This document shows, piece by piece, positions 24,180 through 32,758 of a stretch of 64,000 nucleotides of DNA. This DNA is from Burkholderiaceae bacterium (GTDB lineage Bacteria; Pseudomonadota; Gammaproteobacteria; Burkholderiales; Burkholderiaceae_C), in NCBI GenBank assembly GCA_030695205.1, contig JAUYTN010000040.1, forward strand, positions 18,426 through 82,425, written 5' to 3'. The notes under the pieces are model-generated. The model saw nothing but the letters and a program-made list of their open reading frames with translations, was not told where the DNA came from and did not search any database. The translations under genes and the position numbers were made by a program. Within the stretch, counting starts at the first letter, position 1. Each line of letters begins with the position of its first letter.

Positions 24180-25328
24180 TCAGGGCTGACGACCGCCGCC
24201 GCGTTTGCGGCGCTCACGCAGCTTTTGAACGGCATCGGTTCCGATCCGTTCGGGTGCGCGAGCCTCGTCGGAACCGGCCTTGCGCGGCGCAGGCTTTCCC
24301 TTGCGCGCCACAGCGGCAGGTGACGGTTTGGCCAGTGTTTGCACCACCCTCGACCGCCTGACAGTTGGGGTTGCGTCGTACGGGTTGGGGCGCCGACCGG
24401 ACGGCGCAGCGTGTTTGAGCGGCGCATCGGAGGCCTGGGTCAGCAGCGCAATGTCCACCGCATCCAGCTCCACCCACTCGCCTCGCTTGAGGCCCCTGGG
24501 CAGCACCATGGCGCCGTAACGGATACGGATCAAGCGACTGACGGCATGGCCCACTGCCTCGAACATGCGGCGAACTTCGCGGTTGCGTCCTTCGGCAATC
24601 GTCACGCGGTACCAACAATTGGCACCCTCGCCTCCGCCGTCCTCGATGGACGAAAACTGGGCTACGCCATCTGCCAGGTTGACCCCTTCGGTCAGTTTCA
24701 GCTTTTCTTCGTTGCTGAGCGCACCCAGCACCCTGACCGCGTACTCCCGCTCCAAACCAAAGCGAGGGTGCATCAGTTGGTTGGCGAGTTCCCCAGAGTT
24801 GGTGAGCAACAACAGACCTTCGGTGTTCAGGTCCAGGCGACCCACCGACTGCCACTTGCCCTGGTGCACACGCGGCAAGCGTCTGAACACGGTGGGCCGG
24901 TTCTGGGGATCGTCGTGGGTGACCACTTCTCCTGCCGGCTTGTGGTAGGCCAGCACGCGGGGTGCCTGGGGCGTCATGCGAATCCGCACTGGCCGTCCAT
25001 TGACCTTGAGCACATCCCCCATTTGCACCCGCTGACCCACATGGGCCACTTGCCCGTTGACCGTGACCTGCCCTTTGGCAATCATGGCCTCCATGTCCAG
25101 GCGTGAGCCCATGCCCGCCTGAGCCAGCACCTTGTGCAGCTTCGGGGCATCTGCCTCGGGAAGCAGCACCCGTTTGGCAGCGGCCACCGTTGGCGCGGCA
25201 TCTGCGGAATCAAAGGCGCCGCTGACGACCGCCGCAAAATCAACGCCGTGGCTGGCAGAGGGAGCCTCTGGTGCAGCTGTGGGCAATGGAGTAGGTGTGG
25301 TGGGGTCAGCGGAGGTGGATTGGGGCAT
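24180..25328 (-). CDS. rluB: 23S rRNA pseudouridine synthase RluB-like
   Basis: S4 domain, [15 protein letters not shown] catalytic Asp motif and a basic C-terminal tail. ATG at 25328 is preferred over the track start at 25436, which would read through a tandem repeat. Confidence 0.88.
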   Translation of the reverse strand: MPQSTSADPTTPTPLPTAAPEAPSASHGVDFAAVVSGAFDSADAAPTVAAAKRVLLPEADAPKLHKVLAQAGMGSRLDMEAMIAKGQVTVNGQVAHVGQRVQMGDVLKVNGRPVRIRMTPQAPRVLAYHKPAGEVVTHDDPQNRPTVFRRLPRVHQGKWQSVGRLDLNTEGLLLLTNSGELANQLMHPRFGLEREYAVRVLGALSNEEKLKLTEGVNLADGVAQFSSIEDGGGEGANCWYRVTIAEGRNREVRRMFEAVGHAVSRLIRIRYGAMVLPRGLKRGEWVELDAVDIALLTQASDAPLKHAAPSGRRPNPYDATPTVRRSRVVQTLAKPSPAAVARKGKPAPRKAGSDEARAPERIGTDAVQKLRERRKRGGGRQP

Positions 25329-25355
25329 GGGACAGGTCGTTGTATTGGGTGGCGC

Positions 25356-25395
25356 CGGGTTGCGTCGGGTTGCGTCGGGTTGGATCGGGTGGGCG
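25356..25395. repeat. 10 bp tandem repeat, about 4 units (CGGGTTGCGT, last two degenerate)
   Basis: cgggttgcgt cgggttgcgt cgggttggat cgggtgggcg read directly, just upstream of the rluB start. Confidence 0.8.
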
Positions 25396-25438
25396 CGGCC
25401 AGTGGCACGCACCCTCAGCTCCACTGAGAAGCTCACAT

Positions 25439-26050
25439 TCAGGGGGCCAGCGTTGAGCCTGGCTGAGCTTCAGCGGATTCGGCCTCCGGTTCGGGTTGAA
25501 ACACCAACTCAGGCTGTGCTTGTTCGTCCACTGGGGCAAGGCCGCCTGCCGACAAAGGAAGCTCGGCCAGAGACTTCAGCCCCAGATCATCCAGAAAGCG
25601 CTGGGTGGTGGCAAACAAGGCAGGTCGGCCCACAGTTTCACGGTGGCCGATCACCTCGATCCAGCCCCGATCTTCCAGCTGCTTGATCAACTGGGAGTTG
25701 ACGGTGACACCGCGGATGGCCTCCATGTCGCCCCTGGTCACCGGCTGCTTGTAGGCAATGATGGCCAGGGTTTCCAGCGTCGCACGGGAGTACCGGGGCG
25801 GCTTTTCAGGGTGCAGCCGGTCCAGGAAGACCCGCACGTCGGGCCGAGTCTGAAACCTCCAGCCGGAGGCTACCTGTACCAGCTCCACACTTCGCCCCAG
25901 CCACTGGCGCTGCAGATCGGTCAACCAACGCTTGATGGAGTCTGCGCCCACCTCGCCGTCGAACAGGGACATCAAGTCCCTGGTGGACAGTGGTTGTGGG
26001 CTGGTCAGGAGAGCCGCTTCAACGATGCTGCGGGCATCCGCTGAATTCAT
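25439..26050 (-). CDS. scpB: SMC-Scp complex subunit ScpB
   Basis: Two winged-helix repeats ([24 protein letters not shown]). Acidic C-terminus. Confidence 0.9.
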   Translation of the reverse strand: MNSADARSIVEAALLTSPQPLSTRDLMSLFDGEVGADSIKRWLTDLQRQWLGRSVELVQVASGWRFQTRPDVRVFLDRLHPEKPPRYSRATLETLAIIAYKQPVTRGDMEAIRGVTVNSQLIKQLEDRGWIEVIGHRETVGRPALFATTQRFLDDLGLKSLAELPLSAGGLAPVDEQAQPELVFQPEPEAESAEAQPGSTLAP

Positions 26051-27054
26051 AAGACAGGTGCCTCAAAGCGGTCAGTGTTCAAAGACTGAGAATTGTAGTG
26101 GAGACCGTGGCTGCTCAGGACATGGGCCATGTCCGCCGGCAGCGGCGCGTCGAATTTCATGGCCTGCCCAGTCACCGGATGCGGGAACGCGAGTTGGGTG
26201 GCGTGGAGGGCCTGGCGGTCGAGTCCGGAAAACTTGCTTCCGCCGTACACACCATCACCCGCGATCGGATGCCCGATGGACGCCAGATGAACCCGTATCT
26301 GGTGGGTACGGCCCGTGAACAGCTTGCAGGCCAACAGGCTGAGGTCAGCCTGACGTTCAACTGCGACAAATTGAGTCTTGGCAGGCTTGGCACCGACGGC
26401 GTCTGGCGGGAGCGCAGCCATTTTCAACCGGTGGTGGGGGTCTCGGCCAATGGCGGCCTCCACCGTAACCACCCCGGAGTGACGCCAGGGGCGCTGCGCA
26501 ATGGCAAGGTAATAGCGCCTGACCTCTCGCGCAGCGATCAGGCGCACCAGGGCCTCCATGGCCATGCGGGATTTGGCCACCACCATCAGTCCCGAAGTGT
26601 CTTTGTCCAACCGGTGAACGATGCCCGCGCGGGGCAGCTGGGCAGCACCCTCCCAATGGTGCAACAGCCCATTCATCAGCGTACCCGACCAGTTACCTGC
26701 GGCTGGGTGGACCACCAAACCGGCGGGTTTGTTGACCACCAACAGCGAACTGTCTTCGTGGACCACATCCAGCGCCAGTTCCTCCGCCTTGAAGGCCTGT
26801 GCCTGGTCGGTGGGCCGAAGGCTGACGGTCACACAGTCCCCGGCCTTGACCTTGGACGACGGCTTGAGTTGAGCCACACCGGGTGCATCGACGTCACCTT
26901 GCATCAGCAATTGCTGCAGGTACGAACGGGAAAAAGCCGACAGCCTATCGGCCAGGCATTTGTCGATGCGGACGCCATGGTGCTCGGTACCGATGGTGAG
27001 CACCACACGCTCAACGTCTGGCCCATCATCCAAAGGGTGGGAAACCGGGGGCAA
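26047..27054 (-). CDS. rluD: 23S rRNA pseudouridine synthase RluD
   Basis: S4 domain plus [15 protein letters not shown] catalytic motif. Divergent from bamD, as in many proteobacteria. Confidence 0.92.
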   Translation of the reverse strand: MPPVSHPLDDGPDVERVVLTIGTEHHGVRIDKCLADRLSAFSRSYLQQLLMQGDVDAPGVAQLKPSSKVKAGDCVTVSLRPTDQAQAFKAEELALDVVHEDSSLLVVNKPAGLVVHPAAGNWSGTLMNGLLHHWEGAAQLPRAGIVHRLDKDTSGLMVVAKSRMAMEALVRLIAAREVRRYYLAIAQRPWRHSGVVTVEAAIGRDPHHRLKMAALPPDAVGAKPAKTQFVAVERQADLSLLACKLFTGRTHQIRVHLASIGHPIAGDGVYGGSKFSGLDRQALHATQLAFPHPVTGQAMKFDAPLPADMAHVLSSHGLHYNSQSLNTDRFEAPVL

Positions 27055-27117
27055 TGCTGCCTTGGTCGATATAATTTTCGGCTCCTATGTGGTGACTTCA
27101 GCTCAAGAAAGGGCGTC

Positions 27118-27924
27118 ATGCAAGACCCCAAATTATCGTTACGTGTGGCCCCTATCGTGTGTGGCTTGGCTTTGCTGGTAGCCGGCTGTAGCTCGACTCC
27201 CAAAGATCCGACGGTCAATTGGTCGGTCGAAAAAATCAGTGCCGAAGCCCGCGATGAAAAAAACGCCGGCAACTACGACAAGGCCGTCAGCCTGCTGGAA
27301 AAACTGGAAGGACGGGCCGCAGGCACCCCCTTGGCTCAACAGGCCCAGCTGGACAAGGCCCATGCGCAATACAAGGCGGGCGACATGGCCCAGGCACAAG
27401 CCACATTGGACAGGTTTCTCAAAATGCACCCGGCGAGTCCTGCGCTTGACTACGCCCTGTACCTGAAGGGGCTGACCGCCTTCAACGACAACCTGGGCAT
27501 CTTCGGCTTTTTGTCCCAACAAAATCTGTCCGAGCGCGACCAGCTGGCGGCGAAATCCTCATTCGAATCGTTCAAAGAACTGGTCGCCCGCTTTCCCGAG
27601 TCGAAATACGCGCCCGACAGCCGCCTGCGCATGACCTACATCGTCAATTCCCTGGCTGAGCACGAAGTACATGTCGCCCGCTACTACCTGGAGCGTGGGG
27701 CCCACGTGGCCGCCGCCAGCCGGGCACAAACCGCAGTGACCGACTACCCCGGCTCACCGGCATTGGAGCAGGCGCTCTACATTTTGGTACGGGCCTACGA
27801 TGCCCTGGGCATGCCGCAGCTGCGTGACGACGCACAGCGGATCCTGACCTTGAATTTCCCACAATCAACGTACATGAGCCAGGGGTTCAAGCGGGACACC
27901 GACCCTTGGTGGAAGCTGTGGTGA
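27118..27924 (+). CDS. bamD: outer membrane protein assembly factor BamD
   Basis: ATG at 27118 inside track ORF 26098..27924. Lipobox LLVAGCSS and TPR-like YfiO fold. Confidence 0.9.
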   Translation: MQDPKLSLRVAPIVCGLALLVAGCSSTPKDPTVNWSVEKISAEARDEKNAGNYDKAVSLLEKLEGRAAGTPLAQQAQLDKAHAQYKAGDMAQAQATLDRFLKMHPASPALDYALYLKGLTAFNDNLGIFGFLSQQNLSERDQLAAKSSFESFKELVARFPESKYAPDSRLRMTYIVNSLAEHEVHVARYYLERGAHVAAASRAQTAVTDYPGSPALEQALYILVRAYDALGMPQLRDDAQRILTLNFPQSTYMSQGFKRDTDPWWKLW

Positions 27925-27949
27925 CCGACAAACAACCACTGCAGGCGGG

Positions 27950-28729
27950 ATGGTGAGCACGGGGTCGATGGTCAGGGGTTACCGCCTGGCCGCAGGCACA
28001 GGGCTGCACAAGGGGGACAGGGACTACCAGCAGGACCAGCTGGGCCTGTGGCCACACGCCGTTGTCAAACAGTGCCTACTGGGGGTCGTGGCCGACGGCA
28101 TGGGCGGGCGCAGCGGTGGACGCAAGGCCTCGGACCAGGTCATGATGACGGCCTCACAGCTGTTTGAGCGCTTTTCCCCCGACAGCGATGCGCCAGGCGA
28201 GTTCCTAGAGCGGGTGGCCCAAGAAGCACACACCGTCATCCGACTCACGGCGGTGTCGGCCGAGCAAGAGCCGCACAGTACCATTGCGGCCTTTCTGGTC
28301 ATGCCGGACTCGTCCTGTCATTGGGTGCACGCGGGTGACTCTCGGGTGTACCACTTTCACGGGGAGCATCTGGTTCACCGCACCCGAGACCATTCGTACG
28401 TCCAGGCACTGGTGGACAGGGGTGTGCTAGCACCCGAACTGGCCGACTCACACCCGCAATCCAACGTACTCATGGGTTGCCTGGGCGCAGAGGCCGACCC
28501 GCCCATTACCCACCACACCGTCGCTGCACTACAGGCGGGAGACACCCTGATCGCCTGCAGCGATGGGGTTTGGCACTACTTCACCGAACAGGAAATGGGA
28601 AAGATCGCCTTGCACCTGTCCGCCAAAGACATGTGCCAGGCGCTGATCAACATTGCCCGCGAGCGTGCCCAGGGCCACGGCGACAACCTGTCGGTGATTG
28701 CCGTCAAGTTGGAACCCAGGGCAGCCTGA
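27950..28729 (+). CDS. PP2C-family serine/threonine protein phosphatase
   Basis: VVADGMGG, ACSDGVWH and GDNLSVIAV metal-binding motifs. Confidence 0.85.
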   Translation: MVSTGSMVRGYRLAAGTGLHKGDRDYQQDQLGLWPHAVVKQCLLGVVADGMGGRSGGRKASDQVMMTASQLFERFSPDSDAPGEFLERVAQEAHTVIRLTAVSAEQEPHSTIAAFLVMPDSSCHWVHAGDSRVYHFHGEHLVHRTRDHSYVQALVDRGVLAPELADSHPQSNVLMGCLGAEADPPITHHTVAALQAGDTLIACSDGVWHYFTEQEMGKIALHLSAKDMCQALINIARERAQGHGDNLSVIAVKLEPRAA

Positions 28730-28776
28730 GCGCCGCCGCCCTGCGCACACCCGGCGGTACACCTGGTGCACCAGGC

Positions 28777-29883
28777 TCAGGTGAGTGAGGTATCCACCAG
28801 GCGGTGAGGCTCGGCCAGAAACTCCGCCGACTGCATCTCCACCAGGCGAGAGACGGTGCGGGGGAATTCGTGGGCTATTGGCCCTTCGGTGTAGAGGCGC
28901 TCGGGAGGCACAGCTGCCGACATGATCAGCTTGACTTTGCGGTCATACAGCACATCGACCAACCAGGTGAAGCGGCGGGCCTCACTGGCCATACGAACAG
29001 GCATTTCAGGCACGTTGCTCAGCAGCACCGTGTGGAACTGGTTCGCCAGTTCCAGGTAGTCGTTTTGCGAGCGTGGCCCTCCGCATAGGGTGCGGAAATC
29101 AAACCAAATCAAGCCCCCCGCGCGGCGCAGTGCCTGAATGCGGCGAGACTCGATGGTCATGACCGCAGACTCTTCGGCCGACTCCGCCAAGGAGGCGAAG
29201 GCGGCCTCCATCGCCTGATCGGCCTGCGGTCCCAAAGGCGTGTGGTACAGATTAAGCTGCTCCAGAGTGCGGCGCCGGTAATCGGTTCCGTTGTCCACAT
29301 TGATGACCACCAGTTGGGACTTGAGCAACTCGATGGCGGGCAGGATGCGGTCTCGGTGCAAGCCGTCCGGGTACAGCCCATCCGGATGGAAATTGGAAGT
29401 CGTGACGAACCCCACCCCATTGGCAAATAGCGCATCCAGCAGCCTATGCAGCACCATGGCATCGGTCACATCTGCAACATGAAACTCGTCAAAGCAAATC
29501 AACTTGTAGCGCAGGGCGATGCGTTTACCCAGTGCATCCAAAGGGTTGACCGTTCCCTGCAGCTCCCGCAACTCCCGGTGCACTTCGCGCATGAACTCGT
29601 GAAAGTGCAAACGCGTTTTGCGGCGAATGGGCACAGCAGAGAAAAAGCAATCCATCAGAAAGCTCTTGCCACGCCCCACCCCGCCGTACATGTACACGCC
29701 ACGCGGGATGGGTGGGCGAATAAACAGCTTGCGCAGCCGGGTGGAGCGCAGGTTGCGGTATTCGGCCCACTCTTTGGCGCAGCGGTCCAGCTCTTTGGCT
29801 GCGGCCAACTGCGCCGGATCGCTGAGGTAGCCCCGCTGCTTCAGGGCTCGTTCGTAAGTGCTCAGCACAGCGCCAGACCCCAC
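28777..29883 (-). CDS. zapE: cell division protein ZapE (AFG1-like ATPase)
   Basis: Walker A GGVGRGKS and Walker B ICFDEFHV. Conserved position after lpdA. Confidence 0.9.
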   Translation of the reverse strand: MGSGAVLSTYERALKQRGYLSDPAQLAAAKELDRCAKEWAEYRNLRSTRLRKLFIRPPIPRGVYMYGGVGRGKSFLMDCFFSAVPIRRKTRLHFHEFMREVHRELRELQGTVNPLDALGKRIALRYKLICFDEFHVADVTDAMVLHRLLDALFANGVGFVTTSNFHPDGLYPDGLHRDRILPAIELLKSQLVVINVDNGTDYRRRTLEQLNLYHTPLGPQADQAMEAAFASLAESAEESAVMTIESRRIQALRRAGGLIWFDFRTLCGGPRSQNDYLELANQFHTVLLSNVPEMPVRMASEARRFTWLVDVLYDRKVKLIMSAAVPPERLYTEGPIAHEFPRTVSRLVEMQSAEFLAEPHRLVDTSLT

Positions 29884-29887
29884 GCCA

Positions 29888-31315
29888 TCAGAAGTTGAGG
29901 GTGCGTTTGTCCACGGCCAATGCAGCCTCTTTGGTCGCTTCGCTCAGTGAAGGATGGGCATGGCAAATGCGGGCGATGTCTTCGGCACTGGCGCGGAACT
30001 CCATCGCCACCACCGCTTCCGAAATGAGCTCCGATGCCATGGGCCCCACAATGTGCACGCCCAAAATTTCGTCGGTTGTCGCGTCGGCCAGAAACTTCAC
30101 CATACCGGTGGTGTCGCCCAGCGCACGGGCACGACCGTTGGCCAGGAACGGGAAGGTACCTGCCTTGTACTTGACACCATCGGCCTTGAGCTGCTGCTCG
30201 GTCCGACCCACCCAGGCAATTTCCGGGCTGGTGTAGATCACCCAAGGGACAGTATTGAAATTCACATGGCCGTGTTGGCCAGCGATGCGCTCGGCCACTG
30301 CCACGCCCTCTTCCTCGGCTTTGTGCGCCAGCATGGGGCCACGCACCACGTCACCCACAGCCCAGACGCCTGGCAGGTTGGTGCGGCAGTCGCCGTCGAC
30401 CACAATCGCGCCGCGCTCGTCCAGCTTCAGGCCAACCGCATCGGCGTTGAGGCCATTGGTGTTGGGCACTCGCCCAATGGAGACGATGAGCTTGTCCACC
30501 ACGAGACTCTGGGCCTCGCCCTTGGGGTTGTCGTAGGCAATGGTGACATTGTTCTTGCCGGTCTTGATGTCACCCACCTTCACGCCTAGCTCGATTTTCA
30601 AACCCTGCTTGTCAAAGGCTTTTTTGGCTTCCTTGGCAATTTGCTCGTCCACTGCGCCCAGGAACGTGGGCATACCCTCCAGAATGGTGACCTCGGCGCC
30701 CAGGCGCCGCCACACAGAACCCATCTCCAGCCCAATGACACCAGAACCGATCAGCCCCAACTTTTTCGGCACGGCGCCGACACGCAGCGCACCGTCGTTG
30801 GACAGCACCAGTTGCTCATCAAACGGGGTGCCGGGCAGTGCACGGGCATTGGAGCCTGTGGCAATAACGACTTGTTTGGCTTCCAGAGACGCCTCGCTGC
30901 TGCCAGTGACCTGGATGGAGTAACCACCGTCAACGGCTGCCACAAACGAACCCCGGCCATGGAAGAAGCTGACCTTGTTCTTTTTGAACAGGTACAGGAT
31001 GCCTTCGTTGTTCTGTTTGACCACTGCGTCTTTGCGGGCGATCATTTTGGAGACATCCATGCTCAGTCCTTTGACCGTGATGCCATGGTCACCGAAATGA
31101 TGGCTGGCTTGCTCGAAATGCTCCGAAGACTGCAGCAGCGCCTTGGACGGGATACAGCCCACATTCGTGCAGGTACCGCCGGGCGCCGGGCCGCCTTTGT
31201 CGTTTTTCCACTCATCGATACAGGCCACGTTGAAGCCCAGTTGGGCCGCCCGAATGGCAGCAATGTAGCCGCCGGGTCCGCCACCAATCACGATCACATC
31301 AAATTTCTTGCTCAT
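29888..31315 (-). CDS. lpdA: dihydrolipoyl dehydrogenase (E3)
   Basis: GGGPGGY FAD motif and redox disulfide [13 protein letters not shown]. Downstream of sucAB. Confidence 0.95.
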   Translation of the reverse strand: MSKKFDVIVIGGGPGGYIAAIRAAQLGFNVACIDEWKNDKGGPAPGGTCTNVGCIPSKALLQSSEHFEQASHHFGDHGITVKGLSMDVSKMIARKDAVVKQNNEGILYLFKKNKVSFFHGRGSFVAAVDGGYSIQVTGSSEASLEAKQVVIATGSNARALPGTPFDEQLVLSNDGALRVGAVPKKLGLIGSGVIGLEMGSVWRRLGAEVTILEGMPTFLGAVDEQIAKEAKKAFDKQGLKIELGVKVGDIKTGKNNVTIAYDNPKGEAQSLVVDKLIVSIGRVPNTNGLNADAVGLKLDERGAIVVDGDCRTNLPGVWAVGDVVRGPMLAHKAEEEGVAVAERIAGQHGHVNFNTVPWVIYTSPEIAWVGRTEQQLKADGVKYKAGTFPFLANGRARALGDTTGMVKFLADATTDEILGVHIVGPMASELISEAVVAMEFRASAEDIARICHAHPSLSEATKEAALAVDKRTLNF

Positions 31316-31339
31316 GACTCACCTTCACCATACAAACAA

Positions 31340-31365
31340 GGCCACCCGCATCGCTGGGGGTGGCC
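31340..31365 (-). terminator. GC hairpin between sucB and lpdA (possible attenuator/terminator)
   Basis: GGCCACCC (31340-31347) pairs with GGGTGGCC (31358-31365). On the minus strand it is followed by TTGTTTGTATGG. It lies between AT-rich cassette C and the lpdA start. Confidence 0.35.
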
Positions 31366-31372
31366 TATAAAT

Positions 31373-31416
31373 TAATTTATAGCAAACTATCCAATGGATA
31401 CGAGCGCTAAAGGCCT
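31373..31416 (-). promoter_or_regulatory. AT-rich promoter-like cassette, copy C
   Basis: In gene orientation: GCGCT CGTATCCATTGGAT AGTTTGCTAT AAA. TGCTATAAA resembles an extended -10. Lies in the sucB-lpdA gap. Confidence 0.5.
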
Positions 31417-31424
31417 AAAAAGCT

Positions 31425-32687
31425 TTAAATTCCGAACAGCAGCCGTGCCGGATCTTCCAGCGCTTCCTTCATGGTGACCAGGCCCAGCACAGCCTCACGG
31501 CCGTCAATGATGCGGTGGTCGTAGCTCATGGCCAGGTAGTTGATGGGGCGAACCACCACCTGCCCGTTCTCCACCACAGCACGGTCTTTGGTAGCGTGCA
31601 CACCCAGAATGGCGGACTGTGGCGGGTTGATGATGGGGGTGGACAGCATGGAGCCGAAGGTACCGCCGTTGGAGATGGAGAAGGTGCCGCCAGTCATTTC
31701 CTCAATGCCCAGCTTGCCGTCTTTGGCCTTCTGGCCAAACTCGGCAATCTTCTTCTCAATGTCGGCAAAGCTCCTCTGGTCGGCGTTGCGCAGAATTGGC
31801 ACCACCAAGCCACGTGGCGAGCCCACCGCAATACCGATGTCGAAGAAGCCGTGGTACACGATGTCGTTGCCATCGACCGATGCATTCAGGACGGGGTACT
31901 TTTTCAGCGCATGGACCGCTGCCTTCACAAAAAAGCTCATGAAGCCCAGCTTGCAGCCATGCTCTTTCTCGAACTTTTCCTGAAACTTTTTGCGCATATC
32001 CATCACGGGAGCCATGTTCACTTCGTTGAACGTGGTCAGGATGGCATTGGTCGATTGCGACTGCAGCAGACGCTCGGCGACGCGTGCACGCAGACGCGTC
32101 ATGGGCACGCGCTGCTGAGGGCGGTCACCCAAATTGGGGCCCGCCACTGGCGCGACCTGGGGCAGCGCCTTGGTCGGTACGCCCGTCGGAATGGCCACAG
32201 GTGCTGCCACCGATGACCCAGCCGCCACGGCCGACAGCACATCGCCTTTGGTGATGCGACCGTCTTTGCCGGTACCGGCCACAGAGCCTGCAGCCATTTG
32301 GTTGTCAGCCATCAGCTTGGCCGCGGCTGGCATCGCGATGCCAGCCTTGGAGTTGTCGGCTGCAGCCGCTGGGGCTGAAGCTGGCGCCGACGGGCTTTGT
32401 GCCGCAGGTGCAGCCGCCTTGTCAGCAGGTGCCGCCGCACTCTTGCCGTCGGTGTCAATGCGGGCAATCAACTGATCGGATGCCACGGTGGAGCCATCAG
32501 CCTCGACGATTTCCAGCAACACACCTGCCGATGGCGCTGGGACTTCCAGCACGACCTTGTCGGTTTCGACCTCGATCAGGATTTCGTCCACCGCCACCAG
32601 GTCTCCTGGCTTTTTCTTCCACTGCAGCAAAGTGGCCTCTGCGACCGACTCCGAAAGCTGGGGAACCTTTACTTCTACGACTGCCAT
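31425..32687 (-). CDS. sucB: dihydrolipoyllysine-residue succinyltransferase (E2 of 2-oxoglutarate dehydrogenase)
   Basis: Lipoyl domain [14 protein letters not shown], Ala/Pro linker, catalytic DHRIIDG. Confidence 0.95.
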   Translation of the reverse strand: MAVVEVKVPQLSESVAEATLLQWKKKPGDLVAVDEILIEVETDKVVLEVPAPSAGVLLEIVEADGSTVASDQLIARIDTDGKSAAAPADKAAAPAAQSPSAPASAPAAAADNSKAGIAMPAAAKLMADNQMAAGSVAGTGKDGRITKGDVLSAVAAGSSVAAPVAIPTGVPTKALPQVAPVAGPNLGDRPQQRVPMTRLRARVAERLLQSQSTNAILTTFNEVNMAPVMDMRKKFQEKFEKEHGCKLGFMSFFVKAAVHALKKYPVLNASVDGNDIVYHGFFDIGIAVGSPRGLVVPILRNADQRSFADIEKKIAEFGQKAKDGKLGIEEMTGGTFSISNGGTFGSMLSTPIINPPQSAILGVHATKDRAVVENGQVVVRPINYLAMSYDHRIIDGREAVLGLVTMKEALEDPARLLFGI

Positions 32688-32758
32688 TTTTTTTCCTTCA
32701 GATCTTGATGCATGGGGCGCGTGGTGGCGAACAACTCGCCGTCACCACGCACCGGGGC

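Noticed and set aside
26098-27117. First 340 codons of track ORF 26098..27924
   Set aside because: This part is antisense to rluD and Arg/Gly/His-rich. The real gene (bamD) begins at the ATG at 27118 with a lipoprotein signal peptide.
28730-28776. 14 bp palindrome CCTGGTGCACCAGG between the convergent PP2C and zapE genes, considered as a possible terminator
   Set aside because: It has no loop and no flanking T/A runs. It could be incidental, so it was not called.
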